A stretch of 57,962 bases of DNA, filler included, from Sphacelaria rigidula (taxonomy: Eukaryota), in assembly GCA_964200075.2 (NCBI GenBank). It is 5 parts of 5 records of this genome, joined end to end, with 100 filler letters (N's around TTAATTAATTAA, not from the genome) between each part and the next. Parts side by side here need not be neighbours in the genome. Positions count along the whole stretch, not along the records: positions 23,228 to 34,739 come from CAXNAA020004842.1; positions 34,840 to 46,351 come from CAXNAA020004843.1; 3 more parts are not named here. One strand, given 5' to 3'. Both the position numbers and the translations under genes were made by a program. The notes below the pieces were generated by a model. That model did not search any database. It was not told where the DNA came from and worked only from the letters and a program-made list of their open reading frames with translations. Of the stretch, positions 24,496-37,385 are shown piece after piece (within the stretch, counting starts at the first letter, position 1; each line of letters starts with the position of its first letter).

Positions 24496-25605
24496 TCTTG
24501 CACGCGTCGACTGGGAGGCATGAGCCTACACTTGGTGCTGAAATAACGCACGTAAACTTTTATCGCATGAAACGTAACGACGTTGGCTCTCCCAGTTACA
24601 CGACAGAGATCGACAGATACTCTGAGGGGGGAATAGCACAGTCCACAACACCCGCAATCCCTTGATACTCCAGCATTTGTAGATGTTCTCCCTCGCTGTG
24701 GGGGTTCCGGTGCATTGCAGGCTCGATGCCTCCGTACAACCGATACCGTGGCGCCGCGGGCTTCAGTTCCACGCCGTACACCTGATCACTGAGCCAAAAA
24801 CGATGGAGCGATCCGGAGTCTGTGTTACAAATTTCTGCGCCTACTTCGTGATACTTCCAGCATAGATATGGCGACAAAGTTTCCAAATGCGTGATCGATA
24901 AGGCAAGGGAGCAAAAAAACTCTGGGACGCGATGCGCTTGCCTGAACGTCTTCTTGCCGACGCCCAGATCGAGCGGCCATGAGCCGCTGCGGAGTTAGGC
25001 CAAAGTCACTTCCATCCCCATCATATGAACTGGGCATATACACCGTTGTTGCCCGAGTGTGATACATCATGAGCATCCCAAGCGTTGACCTAGCAGTCGC
25101 CAGAGCATCCGCGCATAACATTGCCTGAAGGTCAACCTCCAGCGACCGACTCTACGAAAGTTGGAAAAAGCCAACCGTGGGGGGTGTTTACATACACGCG
25201 CGCGGGGTAGGATGATCAGGCACGAATCACATGATAAGTATACGGGTGTTCCGTGGTGCGGTGCACTCAGCTATGTGACCACCCAACCTCCAGCTTGTGG
25301 TGCCAATCGTACAGTGCGCGAACATTCCGATATTGAAAGATCGTTGCATAAAGCGAACAATAAGGAGTCCATGGCTTCAGTTCCTCGAGCTGGATAACCA
25401 CGATCGGGGGTATGTGCCATATGTCGTGCGGATGGAAAGGTGTTCAGAAGAGGGAAATCCTGACAGGTGAAGGCTGAATTCCCTGACGCATTCTGGGGGG
25501 GGGGGGGGGGGGGAATGATTTAGGGGTTTGGAATATCTATCCCCCACATAAAATATNNNNNNNNNNGGCAAGGCAGGGATAAGGGGGGGTGGTTGGTGCT
25601 GGCCG

Positions 25606-25636
<31 letters not shown>

Positions 25637-25963
25637 CGTACTCATTCTGGGGATTGACGAATCTACTCGCCCACATATACCTTCAAATTATCTAGTCAGG
25701 ACCTCTAGGCGATGTTTATCATGACTCTGCGGCTTTCTCTTCCAGACACAAGATTGAAGTAGCAGCTGAAACCTATAAAAATACAAAACCAAAGCTGACA
25801 GCATGTCAGTATCTACAGACTGCTAGTCACTAATCTGCAAGAGTTTCAATCATTGGGTTTCACTCAACATGCGCGAAGCCTTGATAAAAAGCGCCATTCA
25901 AGAAGAAGAAAACAAAAATTTAATGAGGGAAAGAACAACAGATAAAGGAACAGAAATATGAAG

Positions 25964-26035
25964 TGGTCCGGCGGGGATTGAACCCGCGGTCTCTTCCCAA
26001 GAGTTTATTATCATGCATCACTGGCCAACCGAGGC
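25964..26035 (-). pseudogene. tRNA-like sequence (tRNA pseudogene or head of a second SINE family)
   Basis: Minus strand GCCTCGGTTGGCCAGTG...GCGGG-TTCAATC-CCCGC-CGGACCA: perfect 5-bp T-stem with B-box loop and an A-box-like start, but the acceptor and anticodon stems do not pair. Confidence 0.5.
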
Positions 26036-26208
26036 AAGGTGATGCTGAGTGCCTTCGGCAATTTATTTTGCTGTCCTGTGAAGTGATTGGGAACAATGAA
26101 TATGCGCGGTATCTGTTTGGTGTATGTCAATGGGAAACCACAAGAATGCCAGTAGTTTTTGCCCGTAAATTGCTTGGACGAAATTTGCTTGATGACGATA
26201 CGGATGAG

Positions 26209-26477
26209 AATGGGTGTATTCAGTAGGAATACGAGGTTTATGTTGGCGGATGACGAGTTATAAAGGATATATAGTCTGGTGTATGCCGAAGTTGAAACAA
26301 GATCTAAGGGATCGCGTGTCCAAGGCGCACATGCCGCAGAGTTGGTTCAAGCGAGCGAGACTGGTCTGGCGCAAGAGCACCAAAGAAGCAGACAGTATCA
26401 CTCGAGACCAGTTGACCAGACAGCGACACGCCAGCAGTCTCAGTAGTACAGTAGTCCTTGGCACTTGATCGATTTTT
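26209..26477 (+). repeat. Direct repeat A1 of the YR retrotransposon
   Basis: AATGGGTGTATTCAG...CTTGATCGATTTTT. About 20 substitutions and one 2-bp indel versus A2 by manual count. Confidence 0.95.
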
Positions 26478-26480
26478 ACA

Positions 26481-28518
26481 ATGGGCGACACATCAGCATC
26501 AGGAGGAGCAGCAGCAGCAGCAGTAGGAGCAGCTTCGCGAAGCCAAGGCCAACACCAGCACAGGGGCACATCAGGAGCTCGAGCATCGGTAGGAGCAAAA
26601 AAGGGAAGGGCCGCAGGACGGGAACCAGGCCGAGTCCCGGCACCGCAAGCCGGAGGCACGCACAGCAACCCGATCTCCGTCAACCAGCACGCCTGCCCGC
26701 GGGGTAGTGCAGGCCAGTTGAACACTGACGCACCAGCACCCTCCCCACCACCATACGGACCCCCACCTGGCCCAAGTCAGCTATCAGACATTCTAGTTCA
26801 TATCCTGCAGGCACAGGTGAAAACGAACATGAACATGGAACAGCAACACCAGCAAAACCTTCACAGACAACAGCAGTAGAGCCAAGCAATCTCGACACTT
26901 CAACAGCAAGTACATCTTCTCCAGTACGGACAACCACAACCGCAAGGCGGGGCCGCCCAAGGCGGGGCCGGCCGGCAGCCGGCAAGCGCCGCACATCAAC
27001 AGCACATAGCGGGGGGAAGAGTAAACGCCCCCCCCCCTGCTTGCACCCAACGTCCCACTGCCGCCACCCATCGGAGGGCCACTACCGCATCATCAACACC
27101 AATAGTCGCAGCCACATCATCATCATCAACCGCAAGAGCAGCAGCAACATCATCAACCTCAGCAGCACGAGCAACACCAACAGCCGCAGCACCAACACCA
27201 ACAGCCGCAGTCTCAGCAGCACCATCAGCAACCGCAGCCGGACCAGTAACACGTACAACAACCCCGTCAACATCAACCACAGCAATACTACCAAGCACAG
27301 CCGCAATCCCCGGTCCACCAACTCCTTCAGCTTCTCAGTTGTGGGGGAGGGGGACAGATCCAACAACTCATGCATCCAATGGGAACGGCCAACACCGCCC
27401 CTGCCAGTACAAATAAGGCCGAAGAAATGCAGGAGAAGCGGGAGATCACCAGGTGGCTCTCGGACGAAAACAAGACACTCTTTCACATCCTCAGGTGTGG
27501 GGTGTCCATTTTCATTCCCATGTCTGATACAAACTTGAAACTCAAACTCCGCGACGTGGCGGACACCAACCGGGGCATGCTGATCAACCTCCAGACGCCG
27601 ACCGACGAAGACATCACCAACTTCCACTCCCCGGTGCCGCCTGGCATAAAAAAAAAAAAACTACTTTCGCGCCGAGTTTCATGTCGCCACATTCACCAAG
27701 GCGCTGGCCATCATCATCAACTTCGGCACCACCGACGACGACGGCGGGCGGGATAGGAGAGCTTTCATCACAGGAGAGCTGACGAGGATGGCGTCGGCGC
27801 TGGACGCGTACACCGGGAAAACCTACGCTGCTTTACACAGAGACGAGACGGCCGTCAAACCCGCATAATCACCGACTGTAACCACGACATCAACGGGTGG
27901 CTGACAGATTGCAGGGACGCTGGGCTGAATCTGCGCATGGAGTCTTCCGCCACCCCACCCCCCAACGGGCAGGGCCCCGCGGCGCCGGTACCAGCGTTCA
28001 CCCGCGTAAAGGCGCTCACCGCTGACGGCTACCCCAGCAGCCTCATTGGTCGCCAAAACCCCGGGCTCTCGGTAGCAGGCTCACCCGCGCAGCCCGCCCC
28101 CAAGCCAGCCGTCAAGCAGAAGGCGCTCCCCGACGGGGGCACGAGCAACGCGGTCTAACGCGTCGCTTCCCACCCTCCATCGTACCTGCCCCAGTGGCAA
28201 CACCTCACGCCACCGAACACCGTTTTTAACACGGAACTGGTGTCATGGGCCCCGCCGGCGGGCGTCTGCTCACGGGCTTGGCAGGGCTTCACATGCCGAC
28301 GGGGGCGCAGCTGCCGCCTACCGGACCACACAAGCAAGCATGAAGCCGTCGGAGGCCCCCCCCTCCAGCCGCCAGCGGCGTTCCAGATAACTCCAACAGC
28401 CCTGACGGCGGCGACGGCAAAACCACCAGCACCAGCGGCACCGGCGGCCGCAGCGAGTACAGTGGTGCGCTTTTCCCACAACTTCGGCGGAAATGGCAGA
28501 GCTGGGCGGGGCACCTGA
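26481..28518 (+). pseudogene. gag-like ORF1 of the YR element (broken)
   Basis: ATG lies just after A1. Q/A/T-rich N-terminus. CCCH-like finger CSRAWQGFTCRRGRSCRLPDH (C-x8-C-x5-C-x4-H) at about 28267-28330. Confidence 0.65.
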
Positions 28519-29024
28519 GGGTGCGGACTCCGCCGGTCGGCGGGGCCTACCAGTCTGGGGGGAGGAGGAGCACCGGTCACGGACTCAGCGAGGTCGGTGG
28601 GTATCGCCCAGGCCCCCCATTCGGGGTCGGTGGCGGCAAGCTTCTTTCACGGTGAGAGCAGAAGTACCGACGCATGTAGAATTCCTAAAGCACGTCACAG
28701 CGGTAGATCGCGTAGTTTTATTCCGCATGACCCACGCCGGATAAAAACGTCGATGACCAACCCAACCAAGACGTACTGTAACAATCAAATGTCGGCAGGT
28801 TACAGTAGATTGGACGGTAGAGCTCACACGCATGAAATATTCGATGACATCACCGCCCCGCGCAATGACACGAAAAACAACAAACACGCGAGCAATGGCC
28901 CGCACGACTACAGTAACCGGCCGACTCTGAGATACAACGGAACGCACGAACGTGCACAGGTAAGCCAGCAACAAAATCAGGTAATCTGCCCGTCTATGAC
29001 TAACGAAAACAACAGTAGTAGTAC

Positions 29025-32000
29025 ATGCAGACACCCCGCCAAACCACTTCGCACATCCCCGCACACAGGAAACGTGTCGAAGCAGATCCGGCGGTCGGCA
29101 GTTACGCACAGGTAACCCCGAACGTCGGTAGATCAGGCAAAAACAGAACTCATGCTCCCCGTGAAATTCGTTTCACACCCAGTGCAGAAGAAGACCCGGC
29201 GTTCGGCAGTTCCGAGGGAACCCTGAACAACGGCACGTCCATGTTGACGAGCGCAAAGCGTGCAAGATCGATAACCAGTAACGCAAGGGGAGCAAAAGAT
29301 CATAGAGGTGCAGAAGAAGACCCGTTGTTTGGCAGTTCCGAGGGAAACGGCACGTCCATGTTGACGAGCGGAAAGCGTGCACGAGTTCAAAACAGCACCT
29401 GGTGCACTAAAGCAAAACGGTTGACCAATAGATACACACAGGTAGCTCCAGACAACGGCTTGCACACGTTGACGTGTGCGAAGCCCGCAGAGGAAAAGAA
29501 CAACACCGATAGTAAGGAGATCATCGGTAGGCGAAATTTCGGGTCGGTGAGATACTCACCTCCAATTGGGAACACGCGCCACCAAAGCCCAACCGGACAC
29601 ACAGACCACCCAAGCAAAAACCTCAATATCCGGTGGAAACAGCAACAGCAAGAACTATCGAATACACACATAGACCTAACAGAAATGAAACGCATCATCA
29701 TAGACCTAGCCGCCACCTGCACGAGTCTCGTCCGACTCAACCACAGAAGAATCGGGGACGTAGCAAAGGGGCTCGGCGGCACCTTGGTGCCACCGCCGAT
29801 GAACCTGAGAGACGTCCACGAGTATTTCGGAAACCAAAAACACTTCCCTGGGATACGAGAACTCCTGCACATGATTGAGTACGGAGTCCCAATGAACACA
29901 TCGTCTCGCGATCCCGATCTTCGAGGAGCGCTGAAATACGGTAATCACCGCAGTATTGAAGAACACATGCCCCAAGTCTGGGAGAAGTTGGTCGAGGATG
30001 TACGAAGGAACAGATGCCTGGTGTTTGAAAAAGGGGCGGCGCTCAAAACCAGCGGCCTCAGAGTGGCCCCGCTTGGGGCAGTAGTAACTAGCAAAGCCAG
30101 GATTATCAACGATTTTTCGTTTAATCCCAGCGTACTGAAGGGAGAAAAAGGCGGCCTTAACCGGGACATGATTGTGGACGAGGTGGCGCAATGCCTCTGC
30201 GGAGAGGCACTCCCAAAACTACTGAATGAACTCCTGAAGTTACGTGTCAAGTTTCCGGAAAGCAGAATCCTACTGTTAAAGGCGGGCGTCTCGAATATGT
30301 TCAGAAATGTCAGGATCGCCCCCGACCAGGCGCAAAACTGCTGTCACGTGGTAGACGACGTTTTAGTAGCAGACTTTCGGCTCACGTTCAGATGGACGTG
30401 ATCCCCCGGCTACTGGGGACTCTTATCACAGGCTGCTGAACACATACACTGCAATACCACAATACTCGACGCCGTAATACTCCACGAAGGTAGAGAGATG
30501 ATGAAACACGTGACCATAGTCGAGCCCTGGGCAAAAGGGACGCCTACAAAGTTCCCACCCGACGCTGCTGTTCCCCCAGAAAACGGGGGGGGACACCACG
30601 ACCCCTTTTTCGTTAGCGTGTATGTGGACGACTATATCCTAGCAAGGGTAGAGCATGGCGCGCAAAATAAATCGGCGCTAGCCGCGTTAGCTTTGCTAGC
30701 CTCGGATCACATCAGACTGTTCGGTCCCGGAGAGCCGGGGGGGATACCCATCCTCGCACCTAAAAAAGTATAAACTGGGACACCAGTGTAGATGCGTTGG
30801 GATTCACGATCGACACACACACCATGCGGATAGCGGTCACTCGAGATAAGGTCGAAGATATCCAAGAACCGTTGGAGCGCGACTGGCCCGCGGACAAGAC
30901 ACGCGCGACCGCTCAAGACGTACTCAGCATAGATGGAAAACTCTGGAACCTCACGTGTGTTGTAGGACCCGGAAAATACTTCGTATGAAAATTGCTATGC
31001 CTCACCAACCTACCTACACATAGCCGCGAAAACAAAACGTAAGGTGAGACGAACAGTGAACCTTGGCTGGGAGTTTCACGAGGATATCGCCTTCTGGAAA
31101 TGGGCTATTGCGGAGAACCTGGTGCATCGCGGTTAATCGCTTAGCGCCCCGTTCTTTGCCCACATAAAACGCACCGCATCTCGTAAATACATCTCCGACG
31201 CGAGCCTGGCAGCAGTAGGCGGGTACTGCCCAGAGCTCGGGCTATTCTGGCGACACTCTTCACCACATGAGCTCACATGCGAACTGAAGAGAAAAGCAAC
31301 AAATAGAGAAACCTGTGCGATCACTATCAATCTACTAGAACTGTGTGGAATGTTCATGACCGCCTGCGCGATCCAAATGTTTAAGGGTGAAAGGCCAACA
31401 GAGAGAGGGAACCCAATCCTGATGCGCAGCGACAACTCGTCGGCTGTACACTAGGTAAATAAATGCGGGAGATCAAAAGACAGACGCGCCGCCCTTCTGA
31501 TGTGAATCATGGGTCACATGGAAGTCGCCACCGGGTGGTGTACTACTGTATGTGTTTCGTTATATAGCGGGGGGCTCTCAGGAGTGCCGGTCTGTGCCCA
31601 CCACGGGCACCAGCACTACTCAGAGAGCCCGGCACTATTCTGAAAAGTGCCAAAACAGGTGCAATTGAGGGCTCTGAATATCTCAGCAGTGCCGGTTCTG
31701 GCATTACTGACGACCGTCGGTTCGTATAGTGCTACGCTCGCCCTTCGTGGGACCAACGTCAGCACAAAACGGACGAGGACCTTTGTTTCAAGGGGTTTCG
31801 ATAGGATACGTCACGTAAGGTTTCGGGGTAGCAGAGCTAAACCCGATGATTTTTTGTTTTCCACATTCAACTTGATTGATCCTGCTCACAGGTTGATCAT
31901 TTCCTTCCCTACTAGCACAACAGCAGCAGTACGGTCATAAAATTTGCGCATGCCGAAAGACCTTCCCGACAGGAAAAACAAGGACACATCTGCACCCAAC

Positions 32001-32645
32001 GCAACTATGAAGGTGCGGCATCTGGTGTGGAAAAAAACTCACGAAAGAGTACATCGCCCACCAAAAGCGTGAGCGAGAAAGAATGAACAACACCCCTTTT
32101 CACTTCCTACCGGCTACCGAGACAAGGAGGGAGACAAACAAACGACCTCGAAAAAAAATGGCGCAGTTCACCTTCCGCACAAGGCATGTTGTGTCCCTAC
32201 GTTGCAAGGTCTGCACCAGCACGTATCGTGCTGTACCCCTACTGGTGCTTGGTTGGTAGGGGGGAAGGCGTGCGTGAGTGGGTCAGGAACCGGCACTGTT
32301 GAGGGTACAAAACCGTTCAAACCGGCACTGCTGAGGGTCATCTGTCAGTAGGGCCGGAAAGCACTACTGCGAGCTCTGGCTGTGCCCAGAGATTTTACCT
32401 GCATTATATAGGTCGTTGGCACTATTCAACCGGCACTGCTGAGAGCCCCTCACTGTGCCTGGCGTCAAAAACGAGCTAGCAGACGGAATCTCGAAATGGC
32501 CGAAGACGGAGGTGGCCAAGAGGGTAGCACGGTTGTCAGGAAATCTCAATTGGAAACGGCTAGAGCTGGGAAACCGAGGCAGAGAGATACTCGAATTGAT
32601 TCTGCAAGAAGAAGCCCTGGACCACAGCCTAGACGAACAGATCTA
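29025..32645 (+). pseudogene. Reverse transcriptase and RNase H of the YR element (broken, MITE inserted in RNase H)
   Basis: RT motifs VAPLGAV..KARIINDFSF, LLKAGVSNMFRNV (K.D...AF), RLTFRWT*SP, and YVDD at about 30621-30632. RNase H motifs SDAS...GGY, INLLEL, SDNSSAV, and after the insertion VPGVKNELADGISKW. Confidence 0.9.
31565..32455. mobile_element. About 890-bp non-autonomous Tc1/mariner-like TIR element nested in the YR element
   Basis: 27-bp imperfect TIRs TAGCGGGGGGCTCTCAGGAGTGCCGGT / (reverse complement) CAGTGAGGGGCTCTCAGCAGTGCCGGT. Flanks TA and TG. Subterminal CCGGCACT repeats. Splits the RNase H domain. Confidence 0.7.
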
Positions 32646-32652
32646 GAATTTA

Positions 32653-33783
32653 ATGTCCCGACAAGAAGACTGAACTCGCGCTGACCTCGTGATACTATTG
32701 CAGGACAAAAGGAAGGCCCCGCCAGAGATGAGAAGGGTGCTGCAAAGCTAGTAGAACTACTAGCCCACGCGTCAGTTAACGCCAGCACAAGAAGTTGGTA
32801 CGAGAAAAAGTTCGAAACGTGGTCGGAGTGGAGGGCCCGCCGAAAAAAGCCCGTATATATGTCAAGGACCGACGGCGAGGCTAGCGCGGTCATCGATATC
32901 ACTGAATTTACTGCGTGGCTGCGTTTTACGCACAGGAACCAGAGGGGGACAGTGCGGAGGTATTTGTCAGCGATAAGCTTTTACCACAATATGTATACCG
33001 GTTGGGACATACCTATGAAACACTGCCTGATAGCGGCCGTGCTCAAGGGAGATGATCGAACACACGGAAAATCGGAAGTAAGGCCCCGCGTGCGAAAACT
33101 GCTGACGCTATCGCTGTTGGTAGAAGGGAGAATGCTAGAGATGGGTACGACACAGAGCCTAGTCACATGGATAGGCCTTGCCCTATCGTATTTTCTCCTA
33201 TGCAGGGCCTCCGAAATCTGGGCATACAACGATGGTTCGGTACGTCCAGATTTTTACCTCTGGAGGGGAGACCTTAACTTTTTAGAGAAAACTCCCAACT
33301 GATCTGGTCAGACAGGGGCATGGCCGATAGGGTCGAGGTGCGTTTTAGAGCCTCCAAGGCGGACCAAAAACGCCTAGGGGCGGTTGTATCTCGAACAAGA
33401 GTAGGGGGAAGTGCGCGGGGCGCCGAAAGATCTGAAAACACAGGGGCGCTGGAGCTCCCACACGAGCTTCTCGACCACCACTCAGAGTTGGGGGCAGAAG
33501 CTCCACTGATGCAGACCGTAGGTGAGACTGGATGGGTAGCAGTCACTCGGGCACGCGCGGCGAGAGCACTTAGGCAACTAATTTCCAGTACGGGGAGGGA
33601 TCCCACGGAGTACGCGCTGCACTCCGGTATAGGATTGGGGGAGCAACACATTTAGCGGCGGAGGGGGCGTCGCATTTGCAGATTCAGAGGGCGGGGAGGT
33701 AGAAATCGCAGGCCTTCATGACGAACGTAACAGCGGGGGGCGAAGGAGCGAAATTCGTATCGCAGGCACTCGCTGGGGAGTAG
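32653..33783 (+). pseudogene. Tyrosine recombinase of the YR element (inactivated)
   Basis: STRSWYEKKF, TVRRYLSAISFYH, YFLLCRASE (catalytic R), FRASKADQ (K), YALHSG-IG (H..R with R lost), IQRAGR*KSQAFMTN (W to stop, Y to N). Confidence 0.9.
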
Positions 33784-34044
33784 AGTACAAACGAAGAAGA
33801 GAAGAAGAAAAAATGAAATCGAAGTGAAGAAAAATAGGAGAAGGAAAGAGGGAACAGATCGGGCTGCCCAATGAGGTAAGAGTGACCTTCCGCAAGGGTG
33901 GGCCAATATTAAGTACAGTAGTCTCGGGTTAGCCCGATACTTTCCCAACTGCGAGAACGTGTTTTTTTGTCTCGCAGATTTGTTTGCGTTAGTTTTCCAT
34001 CCTTTCTACATCCCAAATAATCCATAATTCTTGACCCAATAGCA

Positions 34045-34311
34045 AATGGGTGTATTCAGTATGAATACGAGGTTTGTGTTGGCGGATGACGAATTATAAG
34101 GGATGTAATCTGGCGTATGCCGCAGTTGAAGCAAGATATAAGGGATCGCGTGTCCAAGGCGCAAACGCCACAGAGTTGGTTCAAGCGCGCGAGACTGGTC
34201 TGGTGCAAGAGCACCAAAGAAGCAGACAGGATCACTCGAGACCAGCTGACCAGACATCGACACGCCAGCAGTCTCAGTAGTACAGTAGTTCCTGGCACTT
34301 GATCGATTTTT
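34045..34311 (+). repeat. Direct repeat A2 of the YR retrotransposon
   Basis: About 92% identical to 26209-26477 by manual count. Confidence 0.95.
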
Positions 34312-34739
34312 CCCACCCACCAACCGCCCTATCGGTCAAGGGAAGGAGGCACCAGGGGTTTTTCGACCCTTCTCCGTCGTGTTCGCCCCGAAAAGAGCAC
34401 CCGCCGTATTTGCAGCAGCGCTGACCAAAAAACAGAACCTGCCAGCAGTCTAGAACCAGTCCCACATTGAATTTGTAAAGACCCGCCGGTCCTACCAACA
34501 CCATTTTCGAATCCGCCCGTGCACAACAGAGCAGGCACACCATTTTGGAACCCACCCACCCGAACCAGAGCAGGCACATAGTAATCGATTATACTTACGC
34601 TCCAGGATCTGCCTGGATACGAGGGAAATATATATGGAGATTGGATCATGACATGCAGGGGAAATACGAATAAACAGCCGATTTTCGAAAATGGGGTTGA
34701 AAAACAAAATGAGGTTCAACTCAAAAGCCGTGCTTTCCC

Positions 34740-34839
34740 NNNNNNNNNNNNNNNNNNNNNNNNNNNNNNNNNNNNNNNNNNNNTTAATTAATTAANNNNN
34801 NNNNNNNNNNNNNNNNNNNNNNNNNNNNNNNNNNNNNNN
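34740..34839. other. Assembly gap with TTAATTAATTAA linker
   Basis: N-run with a central 12-mer. Confidence 0.95.
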
Positions 34840-37385
34840 TGTCGCCCGCTCTACCTGCAAACTGCAGTACACGAGCCCGAGCGCCACCAATGTTGCGATG
34901 CAGCGTGCCAACCACGCCATCCCGACCGGAAAGTACGCCCTCGGCCGAGCCTTTGTCTCCACAGCAGCAGGTTTGAATTTCACCGTCAAGGGCTGGACGC
35001 GAGCAGGCGGATAACCATGCAGCACTCGCCTAAAAATGCTCGCTCTGTTCCGTACAGGCTCACGAATTTGGCTCACGTCGCTCTCCGATATGCCGTCATC
35101 CGCGGCGGCTTGTACTGTCTCCTCCGGCGCAACATCAAGCTCAGCAAGCTCTTGTTCCGGGGATATGCTCATCGCCGGACTTCTCGACAACAACCGCTCG
35201 ACTAAGGAATAGACGGGCTCCGCCCGACGTCCTGGTCGCTGTAAAGCGTCAACCGCGGTACTGACACGCCGACAGTCCGTAAAATCAGGCGTGTTTACAC
35301 CTCGCATCGAAGTGTTTCTTGCACGTGCACATGCACGTAAGCTAGTGTACACGTCAATGCCCAGCGCCTCCAGCGTAGGGCTCCCCATGATGATCACATC
35401 ATCTGTACCCGGCATGGCCGCATATGAACATGGGTCCAGCACAGCCGGTCCCCAGCTGGTGTGTAAAGCGGTTCGGACAGGGCATTTCTGCTTCACGCGC
35501 TCATCATTGCCATTAGCCAGTGTCACCAGCTGTTTATCAACCATCGGTGTGACCACTCGAACATCTGGAACCATAGCTTGCAATTTCGCCGCTACACCCA
35601 CTGACATGTTCGTATGCCCAGATCCCGAGTCTAAAATGGCCTTGCCCGGACAAACACCCTTTGCCCCTGCACTCGGGACAGACAAGTCGGCACGACACCA
35701 CGTTTCCTTGCTATCTACTTGCAGACCCTCAGATTGAAAACCTGACACCTCACCCGCTTTGAGCGATCTCCATGCTGGCACCGCCGCAGAGTTCGAATCC
35801 GGGAAAGAGTGCAATGAGATGGTCTGCTGCACGCCACCAGTAGAAGCGACCGGTTCTGGTGGAACCGTCGCCCCCCCGCTGGGAGTACTTTGTGTATCGG
35901 CTGAAAAGACAGCCCTAGTAGGGGCGGGACTCGTGCCCCCTCCGCGAGGCACCTATCCAGGGCCCTGCGACAGCGGCTGTTGTTGTTGCTGCTGCTTGTC
36001 GCCAGCCTTCGTCTGCTCACCCGTAGTATTTTGTGGAGCAGCAGCCTGGCTTTGCTGCTTACAATCCTTCCGGAAATGGCCCTTGTCTCACCATAAGAAA
36101 CAACCTGCATAGTCCGGGCCTGGTTTGCGGGTTCTCCCGAAACTGGTAGTCCCATTTCCACTGCTCGCCGTTTTTCCACCATTCGGTTTGCGCTTGCTTC
36201 CGGAAGTCTCGTTGCCACTCCTTTGTTTCAGCTGCGGCTGCTGACGGCGCTGCTTATCCGCCGCTTCCACCGTCTTCCATGCCTCGGCTGCTTCCCGAGC
36301 CGTGTTAAACACAAGCCCAGGGTCCTCCTTCCACCCCTCCTTCATGTTCAACACGTTGAGGACTTTAGTTTTGAATTTGGGGGGGGGTCAGTCCATTCAA
36401 CATTTCCCGCGGTATGATTTGAGCGGGTCCTGGTTTGAGATCTGCCTCATCGCGGAACACACGCTCAGCGCTAGCATTCTCCGCAAAAAATTCCTCCAGG
36501 GCACCCCACTGCCCTTCTACTTTGCCCATTGCAGTTTGCTCGTTGCCGGCCGCCAACGCTTTCCGCAAACCAGCAGCAGCAACTGAAGGATCAGTCTCTT
36601 CATCCTGCCAGTATTTCGCCTGTCGGCCTAGTGCCTTCTTGAGATCATCTTCGTCAAGGACGGATCCGTCAAAAATCGTGCGTGACAAACACGCACGGAT
36701 GTGCTTCGGCACCAGCTCAGTGAAAGTCAGTAAGTAACACGGCCTGCATGCTACGTCCTTTGTTGTTCATTTTGACCGCCTCTTCATACTCGACGTATTT
36801 CTGATGAAAACGTCGGGACGCATTGTCGCTAAAATGCCTAACTCTGGGGCTTTCAGCGATCCTGCAGGCATAAGCTCGATAAACTTAAACGTCACCTCTT
36901 CGCCTGCATCGCCATCACCCACTTTCTCGCACGTTGCCATAGCTGCACGCAACAGTTCCAGCCAACCTAGCCGTCTCTCCGTTGTCAGCGAGCTCCCTCA
37001 CGTTACAGAGTGCACACTCGTGTGTACAAAGTCTGATATAATTTCCCCGCAGCTGTCCACAGCTGAAAAAAGTCTTCCAGAAACCAGCGGGCTTCTCTTC
37101 ATAAGCGTTCATTATAGAGTCCTCCTGGACTCAGAACAAGGTCACAAGATTGCTCCAAGGGCTTCCTCCCTCACTAGGGCCTGGAGACTTCAAGACAGTT
37201 GTTATTCATAAAACACACAGCCTTCGTTATCGGAAGTGCGTGAAGCATGTGATGTTCCAATCCACATAGTCTGCCGATCAGACCCGCAAGTCCGTCAACC
37301 AATGGAAAACGCCTACAGCAGATTGTCCCACTTGGAGATCATCATGAACCTGCTCGTACGTGTACTGGAGGTGGACTACTTTACA
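34840..37385 (-). mobile_element. Ty3/Gypsy LTR retrotransposon, 5' half (LTR1, gag, protease, start of RT), decayed, truncated by gap
   Basis: 5' LTR 37385 to about 36905 starting TGTAAAG. Frameshifted gag with zinc knuckle GCFLW*DKGHFRKDC. Aspartic protease AILDSGS. Then PLTVKFKP..KARPRAY (RT N-terminus directly after PR, which is the Gypsy order). Confidence 0.85.

Larger units (their letters stand above)
26209..34311 (+). mobile_element. Tyrosine-recombinase retrotransposon (DIRS order, Ngaro/PAT-like), full-length but decayed
   Basis: gag-like ORF, RT, RNase H and YR in that order on one strand, between direct repeats 26209-26477 and 34045-34311. Many stops and frameshifts. Confidence 0.9.

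Noticed and set aside
23040-25636. Long G/C tracts (also 81-99 and 57911-57957) as G-quadruplex elements
   Set aside because: They coincide with contig edges or N gaps, so their length and sequence are unreliable.
25964-26035. Functional tRNA gene
   Set aside because: Only the T-arm folds. The acceptor and anticodon stems do not pair.
26996-27627. Overlapping V/A-, L/R- and N/S-rich ORFs on both strands
   Set aside because: These are alternative-frame readings of the CAG/CAA-rich low-complexity gag region.
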